A stretch of DNA of 53,601 bases, counting the filler, from Porpidia crustulata (Eukaryota), in assembly GCA_964255105.1 (NCBI GenBank). It is 2 parts of 2 records of this genome, joined end to end, with 100 filler letters (N's around TTAATTAATTAA, not from the genome) between each part and the next. Parts side by side here need not be neighbours in the genome. Positions count along the whole stretch, not along the records: positions 1 to 26,893 come from CAXUWE010000035.1; 1 more part is not named here. One strand, 5' to 3'. This document shows positions 10,595 to 24,383 of the stretch, piece after piece (the first letter of the stretch is position 1; every line of letters begins with the position of its first letter). The position numbers and the translations under genes are program-made. The notes under the pieces are model-generated. The model did not search any database. It saw only the letters and a program-made list of their open reading frames with translations, and was not told the origin of the DNA.

Positions 10595-13475
10595 TTATAG
10601 CTTGTCATAATACTACCGAAAAATTAATGATCGATGATATCAAGTTGTAGGAATAGGACTTACATTATCAACGCTGGGCACAACCTCTTTGAGCCCCTTC
10701 CTCTTTCGCATAGTCTGCACAATCTGACCGGGTTTCGTGGTTGGGTCGAGAGGCGAACCACCAGGTAGGATCTGCCAGTGATCGAAGACCATTTGAGGGA
10801 AAGCCTGACCGCCAGTGTGGGAACGGAGATCTGCAGTGAAACCAAAGGACTCATTAACGGGAAGGTAGGCCTTGCAATTGAAAAGTGGTGTCCCTGGACG
10901 CTGTTCCTCGGAGAAAACATGACCTCTTCTTCGAGTAAGTACACCATATATACCACCCATGGCTTGCTCCGGAACCTGGATCTCGACCAAGTAGATGGGT
11001 TCAAGGATTCCTGGATCGGCAAGGAGAGCGGCTGCGTAAAGCACGCGTCGAGCGGTAGGGATGACCTGTCCGCCACCGCGGTGAATAGCATCGGCGTGCA
11101 GAGTAACGTCTAAGATATTGAACCGAACTGATCGCATTGGCTCCTCTGCGACAGGGCCTTCCTTCGTAGCCCACTGGAAACCAGAAACCACAGAATCCTT
11201 AATTTCGTTGAGATATTGGACAGCCTTGGTCTGGTCCACCAGTAAGTTGGCGCCAGTCGTCTCAGGTCCAAAACACCAGATCTTTCGCGCATCGGTGACA
11301 TCCCATCCATGGTCATCAGCCAGAACGCGAGCACGTGCCTTGAAATCATCTCTCGGGCTGATTTTGCCTGCCTCAATGTCTTTTGCAACATCCTCATCCA
11401 AAGGGCAAGCTTTCACGTAAAGACGGTTGTGCTTATTCGGCGACTTTGACAAAGCGGTGATACTGGATTCGGCACCAACGGACTCGCGGTAAGACACGAC
11501 AGGATCCGAGATTCGAAGAGGAACACCAGCGTGGTCTTCCTCAAGATCCTTTAGACATATTTCCAAGTGCAATTCGCCAGCACCAGCTACAATGTGCTCA
11601 CCAGACTCATTGATAAAGGCAAGCACACAGGGGTCAGATTTGGACAGACGCTTGAGACCTTCGACCAGCTTCGGTAAGTCGTTGGCGTTTTTGACTTCCA
11701 CAGAGCGTTGTACGACTGGAGAAACAGAAAATTTCATAACCTTGAGGTTATGAGCTGTGTCAGAGGTGGTGAGTGTACCGGACTTGAGCAAAAACTGATC
11801 CACTCCAACCAGCCCAAGAATATTACCAGCTGGCACATCCTCAATCGGCTCGATATTCCTGCCCATCATAAGGATGGTACGCTGGATAGCCTTGATGAAT
11901 AGATCCTCCTTCTTACCCGGAGTGTAGTTAGGACCTTGGATGCGGACCTTCAATCCTGAGCGGACAGTACCTGCGAACACACGTCCGAAGGCATAGAATC
12001 GACCCTTGTCAGAAGTGGGTACCATCTTTGAAACGTACAACATGAGGGCGGCCTTGGGGTCACAGTCACGAATTCCAATGCAAGCCTCATCATCTGGGGG
12101 CCCTTCGTAAAGTGTTTCGGCGCGGTATCTTTGGGCTGTAACAGGAGATGGTAGGTGAATTACCATCATTTCCAAAAGAGCATCGGCGGCCGGTAAAAAT
12201 TTTCGCATGACGACCTTGAGGAGCTGTTTACCTTCAAGATCTTTCTCGTCCGCACTCAATTTGATCTCAAGCTTTGCAAGCAGTGTTGGGATCTCAGCTG
12301 TCTTGAAGTTCATGATGGCTGCAAAAATCTTGAAGATTGGGTCCAGGATAAATTGATTGAATGCACGTTCTAGCTGTTGACCCTCGTGCTCGCCAACTTT
12401 AGTCCATTTCTTGGTTTTAGGGTTGAAGTAGTTATCGCCCTGTATGTATGTCAGATTTTTCTCTGGAATCCTCGCCTCTAGGTGACAACTACCCATAGAC
12501 GCTCCATCATCTTGGCCCGGTCGACTCCGAATTTCTTGGCATACTTGACCGCGAATTGACGGACGGTGAAACCCCAGCCATGGAGACCTGATCCGAAGGC
12601 AACAGTTCCCTGATACGGCTGGACTTGAACATCGCCAAGTGCTTTATCGAAGTAGGTTGATATAACCACGTTGACAGACTCAATAGTTCGGGAAAACGAC
12701 TGATACAAGTCCTCCTTTGAGACCTGGAGCTCAAGAAGCGCGCGATCGACCTTGTTCACAATAACAACAGGCTTGATACGTTCGCCAAGTGCTTGTCGAA
12801 GAACAGTCTCTGTTTGTACGCAGACACCCTCGACGCAATCCACGACTACCAGAGCTCCATCAGTGACTCGGAGAGCAGCAGTGACCTCAGAAGAGAAGTC
12901 AACGTGGCCTGGAGAATCAATGAGATTAATCAAGAAGTCGTTGCCGTCAACTTTCTGAGGGATGTCCTTGATGTCTTCCTCATCCGCCATGTGCGCGTAT
13001 AGGGAAATGGCGGTTGATTTGATGGTAATGCATCGATCCTGCTCATCCTTGCGGGTATCTGTGAATCGGGCTTCGCCGGCCTTGGCTGCGGAAATGATAC
13101 CTGCGCGCTGAACGAGCGAGTCGGTGAGGGTAGACTTTCCATGATCGACTACAAATCCGATAGGTATTAGAAAGCATGGACTCCGTAGTCACAAAAGCGG
13201 GCGCCAGGGCATCTCACCATGGGCAATCACGGACATATTCCGGATATTGGCAGGCTTGCCCATGAGCTCGTGGATCTATGAAAATGTGTCAACCAGTCGT
13301 AGCGACGAAAAAAGGGGACATATGAGGTACCTCTTCGACGGTAAAGCTACGAGGCGCAGGAAAGTTAGCAAATGGATTTTCTAGATTTTAACTTTGCTAC
13401 CTTATCCGACGAATGGACTTGGACATAGGCAATCATCTTGGGATTCAAGGAATAAGCTATAGCTTACTTGACCAT
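10595..13475 (-). CDS. EFT2: Translation elongation factor 2 (eEF2)
   Basis: Micro-exons [46 protein letters not shown], diphthamide loop [15 protein letters not shown], terminal exon YYDKL*. Confidence 0.99.
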
Positions 13476-14151
13476 CTTGGCGGTATTTTAGGTGGATGCT
13501 GTTTTGGAGTTCTGTGCGCTAGAGGTGAAAGATTTTTGGGGACGAAGAACCCCGCTTTACAGGACCGAGAGCTCACTCGACCTGTTGCGATATGGAGGAG
13601 CGCGGTTTAGACCTCTACAGTAGAATGTCGAAGGGCGTAGGGTAAGGCTCTGTGGAAGACTTGGAAGATGAACAAGGAGCAAAAAAAAGATGGGAGTTAT
13701 AATAATAATAATATTGTGGATTTGTGAGCATATTCACGCACTAAAGATTGCCCCGCGTCGCTTAATTGCAGAGGCAATCGATAAATAGCCAACTAATGAT
13801 CTGGACTAACCAAATTCGTGGAATTCTAAGGTACAATATAGACAAAGATGAGGTGAGGTGAGGTAGGTAAGGTAAGTTAGGCAGGTACATCAAGCAAAGG
13901 GTGACTCATACTTGTAGACATACATGGCCATATATCGAATTATTAACCATGTTTGTGAGTCAATCATGACTGGTCGTATGATGCTAGAGTTTTGAATGGA
14001 ATTGCCTTCTCCGAATGTACGGATGTTATTCTATTCGGTATCTATGTATGACTGTTTGGGTTGAATATGTACAAAGTCTGACTTTCATCGTTCCCTAGAA
14101 ATTTTGCCAGGTCTGGATGTGGGGTGAGCAAAAATTCCGCCGTCCTAAGCC

Positions 14152-17100
14152 TCAAGCAGAACCTATTATTTTCGAATAAGCGTCTTCCACTTCCTTAGCC
14201 ACTTCTAACAACGTGACAATAACAATCTGATGCGTCAAGTTGGGCAGCCTGTCTCTATGAAGGCCTATCCACTCAAGTGGCGGTGTTGCCTCTCCCATAT
14301 CCCTCAATTGCGGTGTTTCGATGATCGCTGGCTGTAGGGCCGTGTACTCGTACTTCGACTGTGGGACGTTCACGACCGCTGTGATTTTCTCTTGTCCACC
14401 ATCTTCAAGTCTCTGCCGGCCACCGTCCCCTTCTCCTTCCGGTTGAGGTCCACCTGTTATCTGTAGAGCAGACTGTGGCAGTGGCTTCCCCAGACGCTGA
14501 GCGAGTGCACGAGTATGGCTGGTTAACATGCCGCGAAGGAATCCAATCCGGGAGTAATTCCAGCCCACGTCAACTTTGCCCTGGAACGAGCTTTTGAAGA
14601 TGTAGTCAATGTGCGTCGATTCGGGATTCTGCCAGGTGTGCATGGTAGCCACCAGTCTCGGCACTTTCAGTATGGTTCCGCCCCGAGAACCAGTGGCACA
14701 TGCGACCACGTCTTCTACGGAGACCTCTCCCAGTGTTTTTGGCAAACTTGATCGAGTGATATTGGACAAAGCAATACGAACTTGGCCTAGGGTCATGCCT
14801 AGATTGCTGTGTATTCGTCCGTGATCGAGTCTTACAGCGAATCGAGCCGACGCATCGAGCGCTTCGAGCTTGAATATCTGGTTGTCGAAAAAGGTACTGG
14901 GGAATGCTCCGACGTTCACAGTTTTCAACGTTACCACCACATCTGTTTGCAATTGCCAAGGCGTATGAGTTGAGATATGTATCTGTTCTTGCTTTGCTTC
15001 TCCCTGCGTTACCGCAGGCCTGATGGAAGGTTTGCGACGCATATACTTTTCGATGTCTCTCAGTGAGGTCTCATATGCTGCTTGCTTCTCCTGGATCAAT
15101 CGCTGGACTGTTTGGTAGAGTGCGAGGCCTTGAGAGGCACTGGTGGTGATGCAGAAAATTTGCACCTTATCACCATCGACTGTACCAACGAGGCGGTCAC
15201 CACGAGCCTGGTGAGTATCTCTGACATTGTACATGAGGAAGTTTAGGGAAGTTATATGACCGACCAAGAAAGCCTGGAAATCGAAGGCGGCTTTCATACG
15301 CAAGTGGTCGAATCCCAGCGAGGCTTGAATCAACGGTGTCTGCTTCAGTGTCTGCTGTATGATGGGCCATCCAATTGAAGTGCGAATTCTGAAGTTCTGT
15401 AGTGTGATGAACCCACTCATCCTGCCCTTACCGTTCATCTCCACTTTCTCGAAACCTAAGCAAAGGTTTTGCTCCCATACAGAGGTTTTCTTCGACGAGA
15501 CCCAAAAGTTTGATACAACAAACTTTGACTTGCCTAATGATTGACCTAGGTCTAGTTGGACATCAAGCTCGGCTATTGAGACTGTGGCATTCCACGGGAA
15601 GGCGCCCGCTGCGGCGACTTGCTGATACCGTTCGATAATGAATGCTTGAGGCCCCGAAGATGGAATTGGCACTGATGGTTTAGGTGAGTGTCGGATTTCG
15701 GGAGGAATCCATATCTCGCGGAAGAGCAGAAAATCTTGCATCTGTTTCGCGTTTATTAGGGCTTTCATAGGACTGATCTTCAGGATCGCAGATATCCCTT
15801 TTGCGACACTGACATGCCTACTATTCATCAAAGACAATACAACGGATTCAACATCAAAACTCGCAGTAGACTCTCTTGAATAAACATGCTGTATAGAGAC
15901 CTGTAGACGAGTGAAAGCAGCTGATAGTGTGAAGAATTGACCGTAGTCAGTAGACTGCACTGTGTTGACGGTGACGTAAATGTCGTCAAAATGGGCTGTT
16001 GCGGCGACTCTTGCAATAGGCTGGCAGCTTAGACTGAACTCCTGTCGGCAAATGCGCAGTCCAAGATTAAGTCTACATTTCCCTAGTATAGCGCTGGGAT
16101 CCGCAGTACGTAGACTCTCTTCGCCGAGGAACTTTGGCGGTGATAGCTTTGGTTCTAGGGCTTTCCCTTGACTTTCGGATTCACCCACGACTTCTTTGAC
16201 GCTCGACAAGATGTCTATAACGAGAGGTACCACAGTAGGATAGAGAATGTTTGAAGACGCATCAACCTTGAACTCCGCATTCAGGGACGGTTCATCCACC
16301 CCTGCATCTTTGTATTCAATCTTGAGAGCGATCCCTGGGGCTCGTAAGGTTATACTGCTGCTCGCGTCCTCGTGAGTAAATTGGCCGTAACGGCCATGCT
16401 GGGTTGGCCTCCCACCATGCACATTATTTAGTTCTGACGGAACAGAGTCGGAAACGTTCTGCCCTTGCACATAGACCACGGCACCTGCAAAGTCCGCATC
16501 TACCAGAACGGACGCAAGCTTCTTATGGCGAAAGATCTTTTGCGTTTGACTTTCCCTTTGTGTCAATGGATTGTTCTGAGGTCTTCTTGTTGCTGCTCGG
16601 AAGTCATCAAAAGCAACAGCAATTGACCTACGCAGAGCCGCCGCTGGCAGTATGAACTGTGGTGTAAGTCGTATATCTAGCGACTTTCCAGCAGCTTGGA
16701 ACGCTAATCGGCGATCTTTCGTGTTTGAGAGGTAGGCAACTTTGAAGACTACTTCTGGCAGAAGCGCCGAGTTCAGAGTCCGACCGAAGCTTCTCGATCT
16801 AGAGCAAGGTACCATTTGAAGCTGAAAATCTTGCATGAGAAGTTGAGCTGCATTATCTCTTTTCGTGGCAAGGTTGATCTTTGTGAATGACAGGACAAGA
16901 TCTTCGATTTCCCGGCCTGGCGATATAGGCTTGGAAACCCTCATCTTCCAACATATATGGATATCGGCCATCTCAAGGGAGTACATGGCACTGGACAAAA
17001 AGCTGGACACTACATCATTTCCAGTATCTCCAGGTTTAGACGTCAACACTTCACTCGAGAAGCTCGCGAGTCTTTGTTTTCGTAGGCTCTTGACCTCGTT

Positions 17101-20100
17101 CGGCAAGTCGATTGACTTAAGCCTATCCTGAAGTAAGGTAATGATTTCTGTAACGGCAGGCACAGTTTCGGCGTAAAGGTTGATAGCTAGATTGGTACTC
17201 CGTACATGGTAAGCCCGGATTAGCTTTCCGTTCTCACCCTCCTCTGAGGTGAATTTGAGCATAGCTACGATCCCAACATCACCGCATGGATGCAACCCAT
17301 TATCATCAGGTTTTGTTAGATGCACGTCCATTCCCCTGAGTTTCAACTCAAATTCCGGAAAGATTATAGCCTGTCCATTATCAGAGTCTCTATTTGTAGC
17401 CTTCAGCTGCAAGCAACCCAGACTGAATCGCAATTGGGCCTCTCTTAGGCCGGCATCAGAACCAAGTGTATTGGTGTCGATGATCACGCCTGCCCAAGTC
17501 ACATGTGCGCTGTACCAAATTGGCCCTTGAGCGTCTGATGATGGAGGGTCCGACGGAAAAAGCTCCCTACAATGGTTCCGTACCAAATCAAGCTCACGAT
17601 GTATGTTCATGGCAAGACCATTAACCTCCGGGCGATTTACTGTAGCAAGTAATGCATGAACTGCGGAGGCATCCAATGCGATATCTTCAACCCTACCGTG
17701 CAAGATCACCGATTTTTGAGGGGAGCCAAGGTCGAGGGTGAGGCGGCCGTTTGTCGGTGGCATGTGCAGTGTAGAAATCTTGTCGAAGGAAGGACTATCG
17801 TGTCTCGTAAATATGTGGGTGTGAGTTTGGATATCAAAATCAATAAGTATTTTTGACCGCTGCCGTGTTCCTGCCTTTACTGAGCTATGAATTCCCTGGC
17901 CAGCCACCATGTAAGTCAAAGACGGCAGTATTGTAAAGTTGACCGAGTATGAATGCAAAAGAAGTGCAAGATGGAATCGCTCTAAAAAGACAGGTTGCGA
18001 AGATAAATCCGGTGAGTGGTTTTGATTATTGATAGGGTTTAGAGACTGAGCGAGTCCCCTGATATACGTCACTTCATCCTGCAAGACGAGATCTGTAATC
18101 TCAAGCAGTCTCAGAGGATGCTCTAATACTTTTAGTGAGAGCTCTTTGCAAGAGGTTGCCAATTTGCAATTGCCATTTCGATCTTCGAACCGACCATTCT
18201 TGGAATAGAAAATGCTTGGCATACTTATTTCCAGATGGGTCATACATCTCGAATGGCTGTGAACCTCTGAACTGGCATTATCAGCGTTAACCAGAAGACT
18301 GGCTGTTGAACCTTGGGGGTGCTCTGGCATGTTCATGAAAACAAGTGATTGTTTGAGACCTCCAAAGACCGTGGTGGCTCTCAAATTGAGGCTGCTGAAT
18401 CCTATGACGGCCGTGTCGACGAATGCGGTGAAGTGTAAATTGCGACCTTTTTCTATAGCCTCCTCCGATGAATCGTGGTGCGCTTGCTCGGGAGTTGCGC
18501 TCAGTGGAGCTTGGAAGTACCTCAAGGTGCTCTCTAAGAGCTTACAGACATTCCAGCTCAATAACACCTCGCTTCGAGCGCAATGTGTTTGGACCACCAA
18601 ATTAAGAGCCGTAGAGACGTTACCTTGGCTGGTTCCATCAAGGGTGTTGTTTCGCGCGTTACTTGCAATGTTAATAGCGAGTCGGTCTACCATAACCTGA
18701 TTTTGATTCGGTCCAGGTTCGATACGGAGACGTATTCCTCCAGCTCTGATCGATGCTTCTCCAAGAAACTGTGATCGAAGGCGCTTGTGATTAGGGTTCG
18801 AAATGTTTCCAAAAACTTTTAGCATCAAAAGACTCTTTTTGATATGAGCTACGTCCCACGTGCGCCACTGCTCGAACCTGGTCGTGACGCGGTCCCTTGC
18901 AGCTTCTAGAGAGACTCGAGGTCCTTGTGTCCACTGTTGGACTATCTGCGCCTTCGATCGGTCTGGTAGGGACTGGTGAACATAGCGAAGTCGAGACAGC
19001 ATTTTCCATGAGTCACTAATCCTTAAATGACTGGTAGCGCTACGCAAGACATATGAAGCCCGAGTTAGGAACGGTGGATCCGGAATATTATCCCAAGCTA
19101 TTGTAAGTGATAGTAAGAGCATCTGGGTTTGCTTGGACCGTTCTGTGGTAGCCTTTGAAAATCTGCGAAGAGATCCTTCAGCCAGTGCAGCTGTTTGATG
19201 AGCAAGAGAGGCGACATGATCTACGGTTCTGCCCGCGCTGCTGATATCCATATCCTGGAACTGAAGATCAGCAAACAAACGAGTACCGTACGATATCCAT
19301 ATGGTTGGATCGTTAATAGTCGCTTGCATGGCGGCTCGATCATCAGAAAAATCTCCTGTATGCCCCTTTACATCCAATTTTATTTGTCCTACAATTACAT
19401 GGACTAAATGTTGATCCGTTGTATTGCCCTTCTGGACCGAGGTGTCTTTGGTCGATCTTGATGTAGCTGTGAATTTGTGGACTATCATATCAGCTTGTTC
19501 CTGCGGGATGGAACCGTGGTGGGTAAACGTTGGGTTATTTACAATCCTTGCGTGGAGACATGGCATGAAAATTCTGGCTTCGATAACCTTCTGTTGACTG
19601 CTTCGTTTTTTACCCGATGCCACTACGTCTGCCATAGCTTCAATTTGCAACATGTCAAGAAGGCTTACGGTATCCCGGGGTTGCAACATTTCCATCAGCA
19701 ACGATGATTGGGTCAAGGCCTCGGATGTACAATAGGCCCGGAGACCCCGATTGAAGTTTATAATAAAACTCGACTGTTCATGATCTTGAGCTGATATTTG
19801 TGGCTCAATCCTCTCAAAGACGCTAGCATCATTGATAATATGATCATCTGGTAAGTTGTCGGGCAATATTGGCACGTCACCCAAATTTGCGTCTACATGC
19901 CGAAGAGAAAGATTAGGTCCCTTGTAGGGGCTCGAGAATGCGGAGCTGCATTTTGCTTTGCTGTGATGCATGCAGCTCGAATGATTGAGCCTGCAGTTCC
20001 TCGAATGATGGCGAGTTGGATCGTTCGAAGACGGGAATTGGGGTTGGTCGGTTCCTAGTAGACACGAGGCTGAGATCGCGGGCAGTGGCGTACTACCAGT

Positions 20101-23100
20101 GGCATTTGTGTTTGAACCTTGATATTTTAGGGTCAATGCATTGACGCGGCGTCTTGCGCTGGTCTGCCTACGTGAGACCTTAGCCAAAAAAGAGCTTTTT
20201 CTACTAGTCGTCGTCTGAGTAGAGCTAGTTGATACAGAAGCAGAATCGGCTGAAGCCCCATTGTCGTTCGATATAGGTTCAGGCATCGGTGGAAAAGGCA
20301 TTGCAGGAGGTCTGACTCTTGTTTGCCGACTGGGAATGCTTGTAGGATTTAGACCGTTTACATCTTGCATAAGCCACTTGGTTCGACGCGTTCTTGAATC
20401 GTGTATGCTGATGTGGTTCTGTTGGAGGAGACGATTTGCCCTTGGCTCTAGCTGCCGCTTGACCATCCTCAGTAGAACGGCAGTCTCAAGATAAGCATAC
20501 GTAGTGGCCAAGAGGTGCGTGCTCCTTCGATCGCCTGAGTGCTTGCCGGTATCTACCATGGATACGCTTATATTTGGAAGGACAACACGGAAACGTTCAG
20601 AGAAATGTGATGTAGCCCAATCGTTGTAGTCGAATCTGATTTCAGAAGTGCTGAAAAGCAAAGCCTTCTGCTCGAAACGTATCCACACAGAGACAGGACG
20701 CAGACTGACACTTAAAAATGTCACGTCATTGATCAACGGCGGATGTAAAGGGGGTAAAGCGTTTTCGCCGTCGCCAAACGAGAGGGCAAAGCATCGCAAA
20801 GCCAGCAGGAGCAAACGAAGAAAATCGACTGAGCATTCCCCAGTGACAGACCCAACGTTAAAATCCCAATTACAGACATATGTCGGTTCCGTAGGAGGTA
20901 ATCCAAACAATCGATGACCAGAGATTTCGAAACCGTCAATAAAGATCTGAGTCGACGAGTCCTCTACAGATTGGGACGAGAGGGGCTCAACAGAAGCTCC
21001 GAGCGAAACCGCAACTGGACTGAAAGTCACTGCCAGATCCATGTAATAGTTCGTGAAGCGCAGGTCCCCAATTATCGAAGATATGTCCAGCCGTAAGTTC
21101 TCGGCAGTAGAGTAGAGATGTGCAGGCAGAAGGGCACTAGCATTCTCAGCAGTGATACTCAAAATAACATCTAAATCATTACTGAGCCTAGATGGCGGGT
21201 TGCTGACAACCGACTCAGGCTCGAGTTCTTTCTGGGCAACTTGGCCTTGGTATTCTTCCAAGGTTCGAAAATGCAGATCTTCGCCAAAGTAATTATCTTT
21301 AATCTTCATGAAATACCGAACTAGAAATCCATAGAGATGAATCTCCGGAGATAGTCCATGGACGTTTACTAGTACAACATCTGTCAAGTTTGGCGACGTA
21401 GACGTGAAATAGTTGTAAGACCCGTGTATCATCAGATCATCCAGCGCGGCAACATTGACATTGTTCACAAAAGTATGCTGCGTGTTCCACGGTGGCGTAC
21501 GTAGCTCAAACCCGCCATTGCTGACCTTCACATCAAAGTATATTCGATTGTGGAGTGGCCGAAATTGCTTAAGAGGTATGTTGAGCTGAGCACTCAGCGT
21601 CTTGCCCCAGACGACAACAAACGTGTTCTCATCAACATCTGATGGATTGTCGATGATGTTTGAATCATTCGCATTCAGATAAAGTTTGAAGTTGGTAAAC
21701 CGAAGGTTTATACCATATTCAAAAGGAACAAACATATGAAAGTCTCCAGGGGGCCCAGAAGTCCAGTCGCTAACAAGGTCTGTAAGTAGATAGATATGAT
21801 CCCTAAGAAGGAACAACTCTAGACCATCACTTTCGACATTGATTTGCCACTGACGCAAAGCGTTCCAACCCAAAGGATATGAAAGATCGCACGATATGAT
21901 TTGGGTCATTGATCGCCAAAGTAGACCATGGTTGACACTGGACGACATCTCTGGCCCCCTAAGATCCATGTCTACTCGGCTTTTGTAGCCATTGCTACCA
22001 GCGACAAGGTCCATCGTCAAGCGCACGGTGGAGTTTGGTAACAACTTAACGTCTAGCCAGCCAAAAGGTCGGACATCTGGAGCTGCCACACCCTTATGGC
22101 CTTTCTTCTTTCTTACATGCCCAATCTTGCCTTTCTTTTTGGTATCTGGCCCGTTTCCACTCTTCGTACAGGGCTTCCATTTCCAGTCTTTGGATTCTTC
22201 TCGTATAGGTAGCAGAAGAGATATCTCTTCCTCGATCTCAACGACAAATTTGAAAACAGTACTTATCCTACGTTGTCCCGGCTTAAGCCTTAGCGCAGGT
22301 ACTCCGTCTTTGTAGAGGGTTGGGAAGAAGATGTTTTGCAGATCTGTGCGTTGTCTGTCGGCCCATGGACCATAGCTAACGGTACCTCCACTAACCCGAA
22401 GCTCGATACCCCAATCTGGAGGAGCATCGCCATTGATGTCAGTAGCAAATTCTGGCATGGTACTGTAAGTCCTGTCGTGGAACCTGGGAACAGTGCCCGG
22501 GACATCCCAATGGACACTCATGGCGATTTTTGGCGAGTCGACAATCGTGGAAACCTCGCCGTATTCGATAGCTTTCCAGCGTTCTTGCTCCACAGAATTA
22601 TTATCATCGTCAAGATAACGAGTCAGTCCAAGCCATCGGTGCTGTCCAGGTACACCTGGGGCCTGAGTTGGGGTCTTCGGACGTTGCTTGGAATATTCCT
22701 GCGACAGTGATTCAACAGAGCTTTTATTATAAAGCGTAGGCTCGCGAAGGGAAGTCCAAGCCTTGTGCAGTCGCTGCCCGCAGATTTTGAATAGAAGCCA
22801 TCGTTCTCGAGCCATAAGCCTATGATTTTCGTCGGATTTGACCTTGGCACCGGTGGCAAGCTGAGATTCTTTATAATCTTTGTTCGGCTTCAACTCTATG
22901 ACCGGATGTTGGAAGTCCATATCAATGCACTGCTTGTATTGATCTACAGTACACGAGCTACGAGTGTCGATATAGCCTGCTACCGATTCAAATCGGGCAA
23001 CAAGAACAGATCGCGTATTTTGATTACCCAAAACAAAGGCCCCTCTGATACATTCAATCTTGATAGGTAAGATGGTCAGGACACTGGGAAGCCTACTTGC

Positions 23101-23972
23101 TGCTTCAGGACTTTTGGAAGCAGGCAAGTTGTCCAACGATTCGGTACTAATCGAGCCCGACTCCTTCTCGCCAATGTCATCGATTGACTTCTTAACCGAA
23201 TCGGCCTCGACGTCGATGCTTGTTGCGGGAGAGCGACGAGACTTAGTCGGCACCGAGGAATCCATATTGAATGTAGTCTCCTGCTTGCCATAAGCGCCAT
23301 CAGATGTTCGGTTTTCGACTCCTCCACTTGACATGCTCTTCAGCACATTGTCATAAGCTGGGGTCCTATTGTAAATGAACCATTGAAGGCCTCGACTCTT
23401 GAGTACCACTCGGCAAGGCAAATTACCTAAAACCTTTTGTTCTCCCTGCTGATGCTCGCCTCCTCCTCTTGTTTCTTCGCATCCTTCGCTAGAGCCTGGT
23501 CCTTCATTAGAAGCCTCTTGCCGAGCAAATTCTATATCTCTTACTCTTCGGAGCCAATATCTCCAGGTAATGTAGCCGTCATTGAGTAAGATAGTTTCAT
23601 TTTGGCCGTGGTAATGCAAGCCTTTAAAGAAGACTCGGCCTCCAAGGATCGAAATTTGGAGAGCTTGAATCTCGACATATGCGCGGTATGTGTGCCAAGC
23701 ATATGTTCGGATTGCGTAGGATATCAATTGAGAAAAGACTCGGTTGAAGTAGAATAGAAAAAAAACAGTCCTGCGGATGAACGAGAGTCAGCGGTGCTTG
23801 AGGAGAACGTTCAGCAGTCACTTATTGAAAAGTACGGAGACCTACACTAGACTAGATATTAGAAGCAACAGAAGGAAAAGCCTGCACAAAGTATAAGACT
23901 CGATTTGGTATAGCAGTCACATATTGTGGTAATCTACCAGTTGAAATCGCGCTCCGGGTTTGGTGCCGCCAT
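14152..23972 (-). CDS. CSF1: Csf1 bridge-like lipid transfer protein (BLTP1 family)
   Basis: 3191-aa ORF plus two small 5' exons giving MAAPNPERDFNW/LFLLLLLISSLV/TVFFLFYFNR. Contains YGPWADRQR and a C-terminal PQLRDMGEATPPLEWIGLHR. Confidence 0.95.
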
Positions 23973-24383
23973 ATTTCCTTGAACTTCACTGAAGAGTTCA
24001 GTTCCCACATCTTTGCAAGGGAGAGTTGTTAGGAGCCGCTCCTTTATCTATGTGTTCCTAGCGGATAAGGAGCTTGCAACTTTTATTTCCATAATCGAAG
24101 CTCTTTAGTTAAATGGTTGATCGTCGCGTCTCCTCAGAGACGCACTACTGTATGATATACATTTAGCTTTGTCAGATTACCTGTTATCGTATTTTATGAG
24201 CGAAATGTGACGTCTGTCTGCCATGGCCTACCTTCATATCTACAGACTTTGCTTCAACGAGTAGGCAAGCCTGAGCTCATAGATCAAAAGCTCCGATGTT
24301 AGTCAGCAGTTAAGAGACCTGGGTGTTTTTGCGCCTTCCAACCAGCAAGCTTTTGCTGTAAGTTTCGGGTGCAAGCCTTCAAA

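Noticed and set aside
13698..13885. (AAT)n and GAGGT/AAGGT short repeats upstream of eEF2
   Set aside because: Ordinary low-complexity intergenic sequence.
14606..23327. Many 60-125 aa antisense or alternate-frame ORFs within CSF1 (likewise within eEF2)
   Set aside because: Shadow ORFs of long coding sequences with no recognisable motifs.
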